This document shows positions 53,644-64,000 of a DNA stretch of 64,000 nucleotides, one piece after another. Positions within the stretch are counted from its first letter, which is position 1; the number at the start of each line of letters is the position of its first letter. The notes beneath the pieces are model-generated. The model saw only the letters and a list, made by a program, of their open reading frames with translations, was not told the DNA's origin and ran no database searches. The stretch covers positions 1,116,001 to 1,180,000 of the forward strand of contig AP024664.1 in NCBI GenBank assembly GCA_024346625.1, given 5' to 3'. A program made the translations under genes and the position numbers. The stretch comes from Williopsis jadinii. Its lineage: Eukaryota.

Positions 53644-54213
53644 AGAATGATATAGTATAGAACAACGGCCCAGCTTTCTCCTCATGTAAACTCTGGTCTC
53701 AAATCAGAACGACGTGGTGCAACTAAAGGATGTAGCTGTGCGAGGTAGGTGATGGCCCACATCAAAAACATCATTCCAAGCGTCAATGAAACAGTGCTTC
53801 TCCAAACACTGAGGTGCGTTAGTAACCAAGAGAAAGACACAACAAGCACTCAATATACTTACGTTTGGTTCTCCTTTGGAGCAAACTTCCAAAACACTGC
53901 ACCGGAGACAAGCGTTATAAAGAACACTACCCACACTGTTGTTCTATCGGAAAAGTTAGTCAAGTCCAGACGCCTGTTGATAAACCAGAGTCAGACTCAC
54001 CCGCTCATTTGGTGCTATCCCTGTTGACGTTCTAGAAGGTGGTGTTGGTTGTTGATGTTGATGTTGATGTTGATGGTTGTAGACGGAGGGTTCCCCCTAG
54101 TGGCTGCCTAAATCCTGCCCAGCCCGCGAAATTCTTCAGCCCAGCTATACGTTGGACAGTACGACAACAACACACACAGGGAAAGCCTGAAAGGGGAGGG
54201 AGTCTGTAGGAAG

Positions 54214-55642
54214 ATGTTGTCAAATGAGCTCTTACACTGGCTGTTCAGGGTGTTGCAGCCCGTGAGTATGGTCTTGCTGATCCATTGGACGGGCGACAGT
54301 TGTACTAACTAAGCAGTACTGCGAAGGAATACAGTGATCCAAGAACCACATACCATGATGTTGCTGTCTTGCTACAGAGGTATCCTACGCTGAAGCCGCG
54401 CACCAGGGTATACACGTATGAGACCGGTGAGTCGGCCCTACTGCTGGATATCTACGGCGCCCTGCCGTCGAGGATTAACGGTGAAGTGTATAGAATCCCT
54501 GTGGAAGTGTGGATTCCTCATGAGTACCCGCTGGCCTCACCTATTGCCTATGTTACACCTACTGAGAAGATGGTATTACAGCCTGGGAATCACGTCGATA
54601 CCAATGGGAAGTGCTATCTGGAGTATACGGCGAACTGGAGCGCTGAGCGGAGAAGCAACGTTGCTGGTATGTGTGATGATCTATGCCTTGTGTTTGCGAA
54701 GGAGCCACCTGTATTTGCCAAACCAACACAGCCAATAGTACAGCCAGTGGTACAGCCAGTGGTACAGCCAGTGGTACAGCCAGTGACACTACACAGAACA
54801 GACCAAAGACCGCCTTCGCTACCTTCCAAAGAGCGGATCATCGCTCCTGAACCGGTGCATGCTCAAGGTGTGGTGAACAGCCCACCACCGCTACCTCCTC
54901 TACCACACGAATTACGCTCTCAAATCGTGAAATCACCAACGCTGAACCAGATGACAAGGCAGTCGCACGTCAAACCTGCTTTCGAACAGCCGAATATCCT
55001 TGATGCCTTAGCCGATGACCAACAAGGTGAAGGAAACGGCACAGATAGAAGTGAAGTGCTAAGCAAGATTGAGAGCCAATTACAATCTCTATACAACATG
55101 GAAGTGGCGACGGAGGTGAATTCTTTACACTCAAACGTTGCAGAGATCCAATACGCCGTTGGCAAGTTCGACAAGATCTTCACCTATGAATTCGACACCG
55201 TGGAGAAGATCCAGCGGCACCTTGAGCAGAATGAAAGGCTGCTGGCGAAATGTATCAAGGACGCTGATGTCGCCATAGAGAAGGCCAATTCGATAAGGGA
55301 AATCGACACGGCGGAGATGATCTGCGCAGAAAACGTTGTGTATAATCAGTGAGTATCCTCGAGCACATCACACGATTCAAGACTACTAACCAGTGTCCCA
55401 GGCTGTACGACTTGGTTGCAGAGGACCAGGCCATTGGCGATACGATTTATGTCCTGACAAAGGCGTACGACAACGGTAACGTGCCGTTGCCATCCTTCAT
55501 CAAAGTGAGTCTACCGAGCACACAATTGTACAATTCACAGCTTACTAACACACACAAGCACACGAGATCACTCGCAAGGGAGCAGTTCTTCAAGAAGGCC
55601 ATGATTGTGAAGATATCACAGATGCTTAACCTGAATACATAG
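54214..55642 (+). CDS. STP22: ESCRT-I subunit Vps23/Tsg101; exons 54214-54261, 54327-55348, 55402-55504, 55559-55642 (418 aa)
   Basis: Spliced product reads 'WLFRVLQP|EYSDPRTTYHD...KPRTRVYT' (UEV domain) and 'NQ|LYDLVAEDQAIGDTI...FIK|HTRSLAREQF' (SB domain). All three introns have GTGAGT and TACTAAC. Confidence 0.9.
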
Positions 55643-55722
55643 CACCAGTACACGTTATGATCTTTAAACACCGAGTAAATGTCCCGAATAGGCAATTGCC
55701 TATTTGGGCAACACAGCACCGG

Positions 55723-55779
55723 AAAAAAAATTTCACCGCTGGTTTTTGGAAGAGGGAAAAATCTTTCAAATAGCTCATC
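55723..55779. promoter_or_regulatory. RRPE (AAAAATTTCA) and PAC (GCTCATC) elements for CBF5
   Basis: Canonical ribosome-biogenesis motif pair about 50-105 nt upstream of the ATG. Confidence 0.7.
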
Positions 55780-55828
55780 TCACCACTGTTGAAACCAGAG
55801 CAGAAGTAGAGAACAGACATAGTAAGCG

Positions 55829-57268
55829 ATGACAGACTTCATCAAACCTGAGAACGTTTCTCCATCTCAAGATGCTAGTGAATGGCCATTGTTGCTGAAG
55901 AACTTTGACAAGCTGCTTGTGAGAAGTGGTCACTACACACCAATCCCAGCAGGCTCTGCTCCACTCAAGAGAGACCTCAAGTCTTACATCTCCTCTGGTG
56001 TCATCAACTTGGATAAGCCATCCAACCCATCTTCCCACGAAGTTGTTGCATGGATCAAGAGAATCCTCAGATGTGAAAAGACCGGTCACTCTGGTACTTT
56101 GGATCCAAAGGTCACCGGTTGTTTAATTGTGTGTATTGACAGGGCCACTAGATTGGTCAAGTCCCAACAAGGTGCTGGTAAGGAGTACGTGTGTATCGTC
56201 AGACTCCATGAGGCCCTCGACGATGAGAAGGAAATGGGTAGAGGCCTTGAGAATTTGACTGGTGCTCTTTTCCAAAGACCACCTCTCATCTCTGCTGTTA
56301 AGAGACAACTTCGTGTTAGAACCATCTACGAGTCAAAACTCATCGAATTTGATAACAAGAGAGGTCTCGGTGTCTTCTGGGCCTCTTGTGAAGCCGGTAC
56401 CTACATGAGAACCTTGTGTGTTCATTTGGGTATGCTTCTCGGTGTTGGTGGCCACATGCAAGAGCTTAGACGTGTTAGATCTGGTGCTCTTGGTGAAACT
56501 GACAACTTGGTCACTTTGCACGACGTTATGGATGCTCAGTGGACCTACGATAACACCAGAGACGAGTCCTATTTAAGAAGAATCATCCAGCCATTGGAGA
56601 CTTTGCTCCTTGGTTACAAGAGAATTGTTGTTAAGGACTCTGCTGTGAACGCTGTATGTTACGGTGCTAAACTCATGATTCCAGGTTTGCTCAGATATGA
56701 AGAAGGTATTGAGCTCTATGACGAAGTTGTCTTGATCACAACAAAGGGTGAAGCCATCGCCATCGGTATTGCTCAGATGTCCACTGTCGATTTGGCCTCA
56801 TGTGATCACGGTGTTGTTGCTAAGGTTAAGAGATGTATTATGGAGAGAGATCTCTACCCAAGAAGATGGGGATTGGGCCCAGTAGCTCAAAAGAAGAAGC
56901 AAATGAAGGCTGATGGTAAGCTTGACAAGTTTGGCAGAGTTAACGAAAACACCCCGGCTGATTGGAAGAAGACCTATGTCGACTTGGAAGGTAACCCAGA
57001 GCCAACCGCTTCCTCCACCACTGCTACACCAAGCAAGCCATTGATCAAGGAAGTCGAGATGACTGACTCCCCTGCTCCAGAGGCTGATACCACTGCTGAT
57101 GTGACAGTCTCTGAAACCCCATCTAAGAAGGAAAAGAAGGACAAGAAGGAGAAGAAGGACAAGAAGGAGAAGAAAGAAAAGAAGGAGAAGAAGGAAAAGA
57201 AGGAAAAGAAGAGAAAAGCTGATGATGAAGAGGAAGAAGGCGAGAAGAAGAAGAAGGCCAAAAAGTAA
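55829..57268 (+). CDS. CBF5: H/ACA snoRNP pseudouridine synthase
   Basis: '[12 protein letters not shown]', 'GHSGTLDP', PUA domain, KKE/KKD repeat tail. Confidence 0.98.
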   Translation: MTDFIKPENVSPSQDASEWPLLLKNFDKLLVRSGHYTPIPAGSAPLKRDLKSYISSGVINLDKPSNPSSHEVVAWIKRILRCEKTGHSGTLDPKVTGCLIVCIDRATRLVKSQQGAGKEYVCIVRLHEALDDEKEMGRGLENLTGALFQRPPLISAVKRQLRVRTIYESKLIEFDNKRGLGVFWASCEAGTYMRTLCVHLGMLLGVGGHMQELRRVRSGALGETDNLVTLHDVMDAQWTYDNTRDESYLRRIIQPLETLLLGYKRIVVKDSAVNAVCYGAKLMIPGLLRYEEGIELYDEVVLITTKGEAIAIGIAQMSTVDLASCDHGVVAKVKRCIMERDLYPRRWGLGPVAQKKKQMKADGKLDKFGRVNENTPADWKKTYVDLEGNPEPTASSTTATPSKPLIKEVEMTDSPAPEADTTADVTVSETPSKKEKKDKKEKKDKKEKKEKKEKKEKKEKKRKADDEEEEGEKKKKAKK

Positions 57269-57579
57269 ACCCAATACCTTCCAAAATGAGGAATGCTACA
57301 AGGTCCATATTATAGCGTCTCTCTGTCGTCATCAACTTTGGCTTATTTCATGTGTATAATAGGTTGTTATCATTGTTTAATCACAAGTTACTAGAATCGA
57401 AAAAAAAGACTACAGTCAATTGTAGAGGAAATCGTTACTATATTGTCGTTCTATACTATACGAGCATCAATATGCAACTTCTAATGTACAATACTGAATA
57501 TCTGATGGAGAGATGAAATCATCAACGTTGCTTATACAAGATGATGGATTAATGGAGAAAAAGTCATAAGTCGTTGTCA

Positions 57580-58617
57580 TTAAAAGTTTTGAGAGATGGC
57601 TTCTTTCTGCTGTGGGGTCAATGTAAGAGGATAATCAATTTTATACTTGACCTTCAAGTCACCTCTTGTTCCCGGCTGCTTGGAGATTGGCATACCTAAG
57701 CCAGGGTATGTCTGTACAGAATCTGGTTGTACTGGCATTGTCTTTGATAATGGGATTCTTCTTCCATCAACACTCTCCACAATCTTGTCGAATCCCAACA
57801 ATGATTCCTTGAACGTCAGAGGCAAGCTGTAGATCAAATCGTTACCATCTCTTTTGAAATATGGATGTGGTTTTTCCTTTAAAATGAATTGTATCGTGTT
57901 ACGGCGTCCAGATGGAGTCCAATCACCTTCATTGTTGAATGTGATCTTGGTTCCCTCCTTCCAACCTGGTTTGATGTCAATTTCAATGATCTTCTCCTCC
58001 TTGGAGTTGTTAACACCTTTTCTGTTCAATTTCATCTTCTTCGTGGTACCCTTGGCAAGGTCTTCCAAACTGACAGGTAGCTGGATCTGTTGGATTTCAG
58101 GCTCAGGCTCTCTACGGCGGTTGAAGCCACCGCCGCCCATACCGCTACCACCGCCCATACCACCAAATCCACCAGGCATGCCGCCAAATCCACCACCCAT
58201 TCCGCCAAATGGACTTCCACCGCTCGAAAAGTGGAAGGAGGCTCCGTCATCGCCCATACCACCGGCACGCGCAAACTGTTCAAAGATGTTGGAAGCATCA
58301 GCAAAGTCGAATCCACCGTAGGAACCTCCAGAGCTGAACCCGCCAGAGCCACCAGGTCTTCCACCTCCCATATTTGGATCAAACTGTGGGCCGCCGTGGC
58401 GCGCAGCCTCCAGCCCATAAGTGTCGTACACCTCACGCTTCTTCTCGTCGCTCAAAATGTCAAACGCTTCTGAGATCTCCTTGAACTTCTCAGTATCACC
58501 CGTTGGTTTATCAGGATGGTACTTCAAAGCCATCTTTCTATAAGCCTTCTTGATCTCGTTATCAGAGGCACTTGGTGCAACTCCCAATCTATCATAGAGT
58601 CCTGTTTCTTTCACCAT
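57580..58617 (-). CDS. SIS1: Type II Hsp40 co-chaperone
   Basis: J-domain with '[20 protein letters not shown]', G/F and G/M region, C-terminal domain; divergent from LST8 as YNL007C/YNL006W. Confidence 0.96.
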   Translation of the reverse strand: MVKETGLYDRLGVAPSASDNEIKKAYRKMALKYHPDKPTGDTEKFKEISEAFDILSDEKKREVYDTYGLEAARHGGPQFDPNMGGGRPGGSGGFSSGGSYGGFDFADASNIFEQFARAGGMGDDGASFHFSSGGSPFGGMGGGFGGMPGGFGGMGGGSGMGGGGFNRRREPEPEIQQIQLPVSLEDLAKGTTKKMKLNRKGVNNSKEEKIIEIDIKPGWKEGTKITFNNEGDWTPSGRRNTIQFILKEKPHPYFKRDGNDLIYSLPLTFKESLLGFDKIVESVDGRRIPLSKTMPVQPDSVQTYPGLGMPISKQPGTRGDLKVKYKIDYPLTLTPQQKEAISQNF

Positions 58618-58803
58618 TTTGTATATATGAAGTCAATCACAGCTGTGTGTTTGCTACTACCAAAGAAGCAAGAAAAAATTTACCTGTATAACCTCCAAAC
58701 GGACAATCTCACCACTTTATATGGGAAATTGTCCTTCGTTCCCCTTTGGACGGCTTTTATGGGAGTCGAGCGCGCGAGTGAGGGAGCCCACACAGAAAAA
58801 AAA

Positions 58804-58828
58804 GTTCTTGAACCTTCTGGAAGGTTCC
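58804..58828. promoter_or_regulatory. Perfect five-unit heat-shock element
   Basis: gTTCttGAAccTTCtgGAAggTTCc between SIS1 and LST8; SIS1 is an established Hsf1 target. Confidence 0.85.
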
Positions 58829-58914
58829 ATCGTGAAAACAAACAAAATCCTCCAGGGGGGGAATACACCAACTTCACGACAACGGTGGAGCACATTGCGA
58901 AGGACGTGAAGGAG

Positions 58915-59826
58915 ATGTCTGTGATTCTTGCGTCTGCTGGTTATGACCATACGATCCGGTTTTGGGAGGCTCTGACGGGTGTTTGTTCGAGGACAATTCA
59001 GCATGCTGATTCGCAAGTGAATAGGCTTGAGATCACCAGTGATAAGATGTTCTTAGCGGCGGCTGGGCATCAACACGTTCGTCTTTACGATATACGCACT
59101 ACGAATCCCAACCCTGTGACGTCGTTTGAAGGCCATACGAACAACGTCACTTCGATTGCGTTCCAATCTGACAACAAGTGGATGGTGAGCTCGTCTGAGG
59201 ATGGAACGGTTAAAGTATGGGACGTTCGTGCGCCCTCGGTCCAGAGAAATTATAAGCATAACTGCCCCGTGAACGAGGTTGTTATACATCCCAACCAAGG
59301 TGAGCTGATCTCGTGCGACCAGGATGGTAATGTTCGTATATGGGATCTGGGAGAAAACCAATGTACGCATCAGCTTATCCCTGAAGATGACATCCCGGTG
59401 CATTCCGTATCTGTTGCTTCAGATGGCTCAATGCTCGTTGCCGGTAATAACAAGGGGAACTGCTACGTATGGAAGATGAACACGCAAAGAGAGTCGACTT
59501 CGCTACAACCGGTGACAAAATTCAGATCGCATTCAAAATACATCACAAGGGTACTGTTATCTTCAGACGTTAAGCATTTGGCAACTTGCTCTGCCGACCA
59601 CACTGCACGAATTTGGAGCATTGACGATTCATTTGGGTTGGAAACTACACTACAAGGCCATCAGAGATGGGTTTGGGACTGTGCTTTCAGCGCGGACAGT
59701 GCCTATCTAGTAACGGCATGTTCTGATCACTACGTTAGATTGTGGGACCTTTCGACGAGTGAAACCGTTAGGCAGTACAACGGTCATCACAAGGGTGCGG
59801 TATGTGTTGCTCTCAATGATGTGTGA
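58915..59826 (+). CDS. LST8: TORC1/TORC2 WD40 subunit
   Basis: 'MSVILASAGYDHTIRFWEALTGVCSRTIQH' to 'CVALNDV'; true start at 58915. Confidence 0.97.
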   Translation: MSVILASAGYDHTIRFWEALTGVCSRTIQHADSQVNRLEITSDKMFLAAAGHQHVRLYDIRTTNPNPVTSFEGHTNNVTSIAFQSDNKWMVSSSEDGTVKVWDVRAPSVQRNYKHNCPVNEVVIHPNQGELISCDQDGNVRIWDLGENQCTHQLIPEDDIPVHSVSVASDGSMLVAGNNKGNCYVWKMNTQRESTSLQPVTKFRSHSKYITRVLLSSDVKHLATCSADHTARIWSIDDSFGLETTLQGHQRWVWDCAFSADSAYLVTACSDHYVRLWDLSTSETVRQYNGHHKGAVCVALNDV

Positions 59827-59960
59827 TGGACGTATACGATATCTTATTAATATTTTAATGACTGTACTACTCACTGGATGAATCAAACCATCGTTGTAGC
59901 TGATAAACATGATGTAGTTTTAGTCACGTGACTCGTATCTTTTCTTCGAAAAAAAATAAA

Positions 59961-60032
59961 CTCCGCGACGGGGAATTGAACCCCGGTCTACCACGCGACA
60001 AGCGGTAATTCTAGCCACTAAACTATCACGGA
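59961..60032 (-). tRNA. tRNA-Asp (GUC)
   Basis: TCCGTGATAGTTTAGTGGCTAGAATTACCGCTTGTCGCGTGGTAGACCGGGGTTCAATTCCCCGTCGCGGAG folds as a cloverleaf; near-identical to yeast tRNA-Asp; followed by a T-run Pol III terminator. Confidence 0.96.
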
Positions 60033-60234
60033 TTTCTTGAATTCCGAAGTTAACATAGATGTTCATATTGAGAGTGTAAACGTAACAAAGCATTGGCTTG
60101 GATGAACGGTCTAACGAGACCCTACGTTCAGAATTGGTGATTAATTGTATTGAGATGCCCATTATATAGTTCTATTATTTAATGTGAACACCTTCTGGCT
60201 CTCAACAGTGTATGCCTTTCTCGCCGTTGTGATG

Positions 60235-60915
60235 TTATATGAGCAGAACATCTTGGTTGTATACAAACCGTTGAACTGCAGAGTATCTTATGAGATAGAT
60301 ACTGCCAGGGATAAGGTCGATTTCCTCTTCACCAATAACTATGGTCTCTATCGTGTCGTTGATCACTTTCACAAAGACTGGTCTGTCCAGGTCTGGCTCC
60401 TCAATCATCGAAATACCACCTCCGGTGTCGTCCAGTGCCTGTAGTTGTTCCGGTAATTGGGACAAGAACAGGGAGTTGTAAAGATCAATCAAGGCTCTGA
60501 AATGCGACTCCATGTACTGTGTTTCTGCTGATGATAGCCTTTGTACCAACTCTTCATCATTCCTTATAAAGATGGTGAATTTGTCAACTTTGGAGAGCCT
60601 TGTACGAAGGTACGATCTCAGTATGAAATTGACACGGTCCAGCTCAGACTCAATGATCATGAGCTGAAGTTTGATATCTCTTTCAGTGGTTTGCAATTCG
60701 ATCGAGTTCATCTCAATGAATTCAATCTGAACACGAATCCGGGACAGAATTCGATCTATTAGCGACTGTTTGTAGTCCAACAACTCAGGACACATCCGTT
60801 CACTAATCCACGCGTTTTGGAGCTCTTGGAAGTCACTACGTTTCACTTCAACTTCGTTGTATTTGTGAGAGCGAGTTTCCCTCTCGAACTCTTCCAGAAT
60901 GTCATCAAATTCCAT
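60235..60915 (-). CDS. SLD5: GINS complex subunit
   Basis: 'AWISERMCPELL', 'ESELDRVNFILRSYLRTRLSKVDK', 'MIEEPDLDRPVF'; divergent from PAC11 as YDR489W/YDR488C. Confidence 0.93.
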   Translation of the reverse strand: MEFDDILEEFERETRSHKYNEVEVKRSDFQELQNAWISERMCPELLDYKQSLIDRILSRIRVQIEFIEMNSIELQTTERDIKLQLMIIESELDRVNFILRSYLRTRLSKVDKFTIFIRNDEELVQRLSSAETQYMESHFRALIDLYNSLFLSQLPEQLQALDDTGGGISMIEEPDLDRPVFVKVINDTIETIVIGEEEIDLIPGSIYLIRYSAVQRFVYNQDVLLI

Positions 60916-61089
60916 GGTTTATGAGTCCACAGTGACCAAATCGCCACTCTTTCAGTTGCTAATTGTTTGATGTTTTGATGATTGAGAAGTGGTTTTCAGT
61001 GGTTTTTTTAGGCGTCGCGTTCCATCAACATTGAACAATAACAACAACAACAACAACAACAACACACACAGGACAAGTAACGTGAGGGA

Positions 61090-62643
61090 ATGTCAAGAAG
61101 AGAGGAAATCGAAGCCAAGAGACAACGGCTCGCAGAGCTTCGACGCCAGAGGGAAGAGAAAGAGAAGAAATTCAGGGAACGTGAAACTCCAGATGGTTCT
61201 GCCCAATCATCAACGCTGGCATCGCCTTCCTTGACATCGCCAACATCGGAACAAGTCTCTAGAGAAAGCATCGACAATCTGGTGAACCAGCTTGTTAAGG
61301 AGAATAACGACAATTACAAAAATATTTCAGTACAGACTGACTTGATCTCGCCACTGAAGAGCTTTAATAAAGGCACACAGACCATGGTTCTTGATGATGA
61401 AGATGACCAGCATAAACAACCAGAGGAAGAGCCTTTAAGTGAGATTGAAGAGGCAGAAGACGTGACTGATGCTAAGGAGGACCTATTGATTGTTGATGAC
61501 GAACATCTCAGATCTTTCTTTGCAAAATCTTTCAAGATATTGAATAGAGCTATAGAAGAAGATGACGATATACTGCATAGCTACACAGTACACAAGTCAA
61601 GTGTGGCAAAAGAAGATCTCCCAACCTATACGCTAATACGTTCATGGAACCAAGACAATATGATACAGTGCATTGATACTTCTCAGTATTTCCCCGACCT
61701 TATGGCCTTTGCAGAGGAGAAATCACTAATGGTTTATAACATTGGGTATGGGAAGTTCGAATCCAAATTCCAAGCACATACCAGGATGATGAAGGTACAA
61801 TTCTCATCGTTTAGATCCAATTTTGTCTTTGGCTCTGGCTATAACGGTAAGATATTCTCTTGGGATCTTGAATCAACTTCACAACAACCGTATTTGGAAT
61901 CGCAAGTGACTCAACTGACCCATTCTTATCCAGTATTAGCTATGGATCAGGTTCCTGACAACAACGGTCTTCTAATAACTGGCTCTACAGATGGTAAGAT
62001 TATACACTGGAATCCACAGATACTGGCGAAGCCAGCACAACAGCCAATCAAACTGGAGATGCCCAAATCATCTGCTATTAGGTACGATGAGCTAACACCA
62101 ACATGTTTCACGCATTTGGAAAGTGAACACGGATATCTAATCGTTGGAAGTGAAGATGGTAATGTGTACAAGGTGAAAAGATTTGATCAAAAGTCAAAGA
62201 CTGATTACATTGAAAAGATATTTCAAGGACATCTGGGACCAGTTACCTCTATTGAGCCTTCACCCGCATTATCGCAACTGTTTTTGACATCCAGTATGGA
62301 TTGGAAGGTATTTCTATGGGATGCTTCACAGGATGAACCATTATTGGAGATCTACAAGACGAATGCCATTATGGCATGTCTTTGGAGACCTTCGTTCCCA
62401 ACTCAGATTGGGTATATTTATGAAGACGTTTTGGAGATTGTGGATCTGAGCATTGACACTGTGACCCCAATTTGCAGGATCTCAACAGAGGAACCGTTAA
62501 CTACCTTCAACTTCACCAAAGACGGTGAAAGGGTGGTACTTGGAGGGTCCAAAGGTGGCATCTACATCTATGCGTTAGATGTACCAACAAAGAGTGATAT
62601 GGCAAAGTTCAAGAAACATTTCTGCCCTACAGGTGGTATTTAA
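61090..62643 (+). CDS. PAC11: Cytoplasmic dynein intermediate chain (WD40)
   Basis: N-terminal 'IEAKRQRLAELRR' helix, light-chain-binding 'SVQTD' and 'KGTQT', WD repeats 'GSEDGNVY' and 'TSSMDWKV'; synteny with SLD5. Confidence 0.88.
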   Translation: MSRREEIEAKRQRLAELRRQREEKEKKFRERETPDGSAQSSTLASPSLTSPTSEQVSRESIDNLVNQLVKENNDNYKNISVQTDLISPLKSFNKGTQTMVLDDEDDQHKQPEEEPLSEIEEAEDVTDAKEDLLIVDDEHLRSFFAKSFKILNRAIEEDDDILHSYTVHKSSVAKEDLPTYTLIRSWNQDNMIQCIDTSQYFPDLMAFAEEKSLMVYNIGYGKFESKFQAHTRMMKVQFSSFRSNFVFGSGYNGKIFSWDLESTSQQPYLESQVTQLTHSYPVLAMDQVPDNNGLLITGSTDGKIIHWNPQILAKPAQQPIKLEMPKSSAIRYDELTPTCFTHLESEHGYLIVGSEDGNVYKVKRFDQKSKTDYIEKIFQGHLGPVTSIEPSPALSQLFLTSSMDWKVFLWDASQDEPLLEIYKTNAIMACLWRPSFPTQIGYIYEDVLEIVDLSIDTVTPICRISTEEPLTTFNFTKDGERVVLGGSKGGIYIYALDVPTKSDMAKFKKHFCPTGGI

Positions 62644-62698
62644 GCCTGATGATAGCTATTCTTTTAGTATCTATTCATTGTCTGCTATCAATAGCCCT

Positions 62699-63853
62699 CT
62701 ATTTACCAGTTCCAAAGAACTCATGGAAGCCAACCAATGTGAATCTGTATCTGACATCACCAGCGTTCAATCTGGTCAACGCCTGACTGACGTTAGCTTC
62801 GTTAATGTCCAAAGTCTCAACCCATGGAGCAAACTTGTGATCTTTAGCCAATTGCAAGAGCTCAATGGCCTCTTTTCTAGAGCCAAGAAGAGAAGCACCG
62901 AGGAAAACACCGTTTTGCAAAAAGGTGAATGGAGAAACTTGTAGTTTCTCATCAACGTGTGGCAAACCAACGGAAATGAGCTTCTTGTTAACCTTCAAAG
63001 TGGAGAGGAAGGCATCAACATCGGTGTCAACAGTGGAAGTGGCACAGTTGATGATGGCATCAAAGTAGTCAAAGTAGTTCTTAGACCAGTCTTTCTCCAC
63101 GCCGGTGGCAATGAATTTGTGAGCACCCATCTTTGTAGCATCCTCCTGCTTAGAATAAGATCTAGAGAAGGCAGTGACCTCGGCACCAAGGGCCTTAGCA
63201 ATCATGATAGCCATATGACCCAGGCCACCAATACCAATGATACCAACGTGTGGGGTCTTACCCTTAGCCAGTGTGTCTTCGATGCTTCTCTTGATTGGAG
63301 AGTAAACGGTCAAACCACCACACATCAGTGGGGCAACCAGGTGGGACTCCAGTCCATCTGGGATCGGGAACACCATCTTCTCGTGTGCTCTGACGTGAGA
63401 GGCATACCCTCCTTGTGACACATAGCCATCAGGGTAACGACCAGCGTACGTACCAACCTGGTGCTTGCAGTACTGCTCATTGTCCTCTTCACATCTGGAG
63501 CACTCGGCACAGCAAGAAGCACTAGCACCGAGCCCAACTCTGTCACCAACCTTCACACCGGTGGTACACTTGGAACCAACCTTCAACACTTTGCCGACGA
63601 TTTCGTGACCCACACACTGGGTCTTAGGACCATAGCTAGAGGACTTACAAGCCAACTCGCTCTTCGACCACTCGTTCTTCAAAGTGAACAGCTCAGACGC
63701 ACACACACCGCAGCACTCAATCTCGATATCAACGTCTCTATCGCCAAAGTTCTTTGGCACGTAGGACGTGAGCTTTGGGTTGCTCCACTCGGAGGGATCG
63801 GAGATGGCAAACCCTTTGAACTCTTCTGGATAGTTAACAGTGGTTGACGACAT
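62699..63853 (-). CDS. ADH6: Zn- and NADPH-dependent cinnamyl-type alcohol dehydrogenase (Adh6/Adh7 family)
   Basis: 'YPEEFKGFA', 'GHEIVG', structural Zn motif 'CAECSRC...YC', 'APLMCGGLTVYSP', 'GIGGLG', 'DVRYRFTL'; likely ATG at 63853. Confidence 0.85.
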   Translation of the reverse strand: MSSTTVNYPEEFKGFAISDPSEWSNPKLTSYVPKNFGDRDVDIEIECCGVCASELFTLKNEWSKSELACKSSSYGPKTQCVGHEIVGKVLKVGSKCTTGVKVGDRVGLGASASCCAECSRCEEDNEQYCKHQVGTYAGRYPDGYVSQGGYASHVRAHEKMVFPIPDGLESHLVAPLMCGGLTVYSPIKRSIEDTLAKGKTPHVGIIGIGGLGHMAIMIAKALGAEVTAFSRSYSKQEDATKMGAHKFIATGVEKDWSKNYFDYFDAIINCATSTVDTDVDAFLSTLKVNKKLISVGLPHVDEKLQVSPFTFLQNGVFLGASLLGSRKEAIELLQLAKDHKFAPWVETLDINEANVSQALTRLNAGDVRYRFTLVGFHEFFGTGK

Positions 63854-64000
63854 TGTTGCTGGTTGCTTTTGCTTGAATCGACTCTCCAGACCAGCTGCTG
63901 GGATGTAAGATGAGCTAGGATTCCGACTCTTATTTATACTCATGCATGCTGGGCCTTGCTTACAAACGGCTAAATCATTGACGGTTAGGGTAAACTTAGC

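Noticed and set aside
58516..58914. 133-codon in-frame N-terminal extension of LST8 overlapping SIS1
   Set aside because: Lst8 homology begins exactly at MSVILAS (58915); the extension crosses the SIS1 start and the HSE-containing promoter.
59922..59933. AGTCACGTGACT palindrome (Cbf1/CDEI-like) between LST8 and the tRNA as a point centromere
   Set aside because: No very AT-rich CDEII or CDEIII (CCGAA) follows in either direction; probably an ordinary Cbf1-type site.

Overview
Gene-dense chromosomal window from a budding yeast (Saccharomycotina). CTG sits at conserved Leu positions (e.g. PBS2 'WSLGLSILE'), so it uses the standard code. A Cyberlindnera/Wickerhamomyces-like (Phaffomycetaceae) species is my guess, not established. 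About 30 protein genes and one tRNA-Asp(GUC) are recognisable: LDB16-like, MTC1, FMP46, a PST2/YCP4-type flavodoxin, NIT2, MPR1, SPT10, URA2, TRK1, DHR2, RIM9/PalI, AEP1, PBS2, FMP30, a DUF1689/RCI37-like gene, ECM31, a PHO5-type acid phosphatase, EHT1/EEB1, PNG1, MSY1, SEC62, YLR287C-like, LAS17, a class-I GATase, STP22 (3 introns, missed by the ORF track), CBF5, SIS1, LST8, SLD5, PAC11 and ADH6/7. I see no CRISPR array, intact transposon or clearly new multi-gene system. The most noteworthy points are: a Png1 that keeps its catalytic triad but has lost both Zn-binding CxxC motifs; a tandem MPR1-SPT10 paralogue pair; short GTGAGT introns, including a URA2 5'-UTR intron and a frame-preserving STP22 intron; several promoter tandem arrays; and two gene-free tracts (1-2450 and 31520-35470) that are centromere candidates. 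Gene identities come from remembered motifs and synteny, not from database searches.
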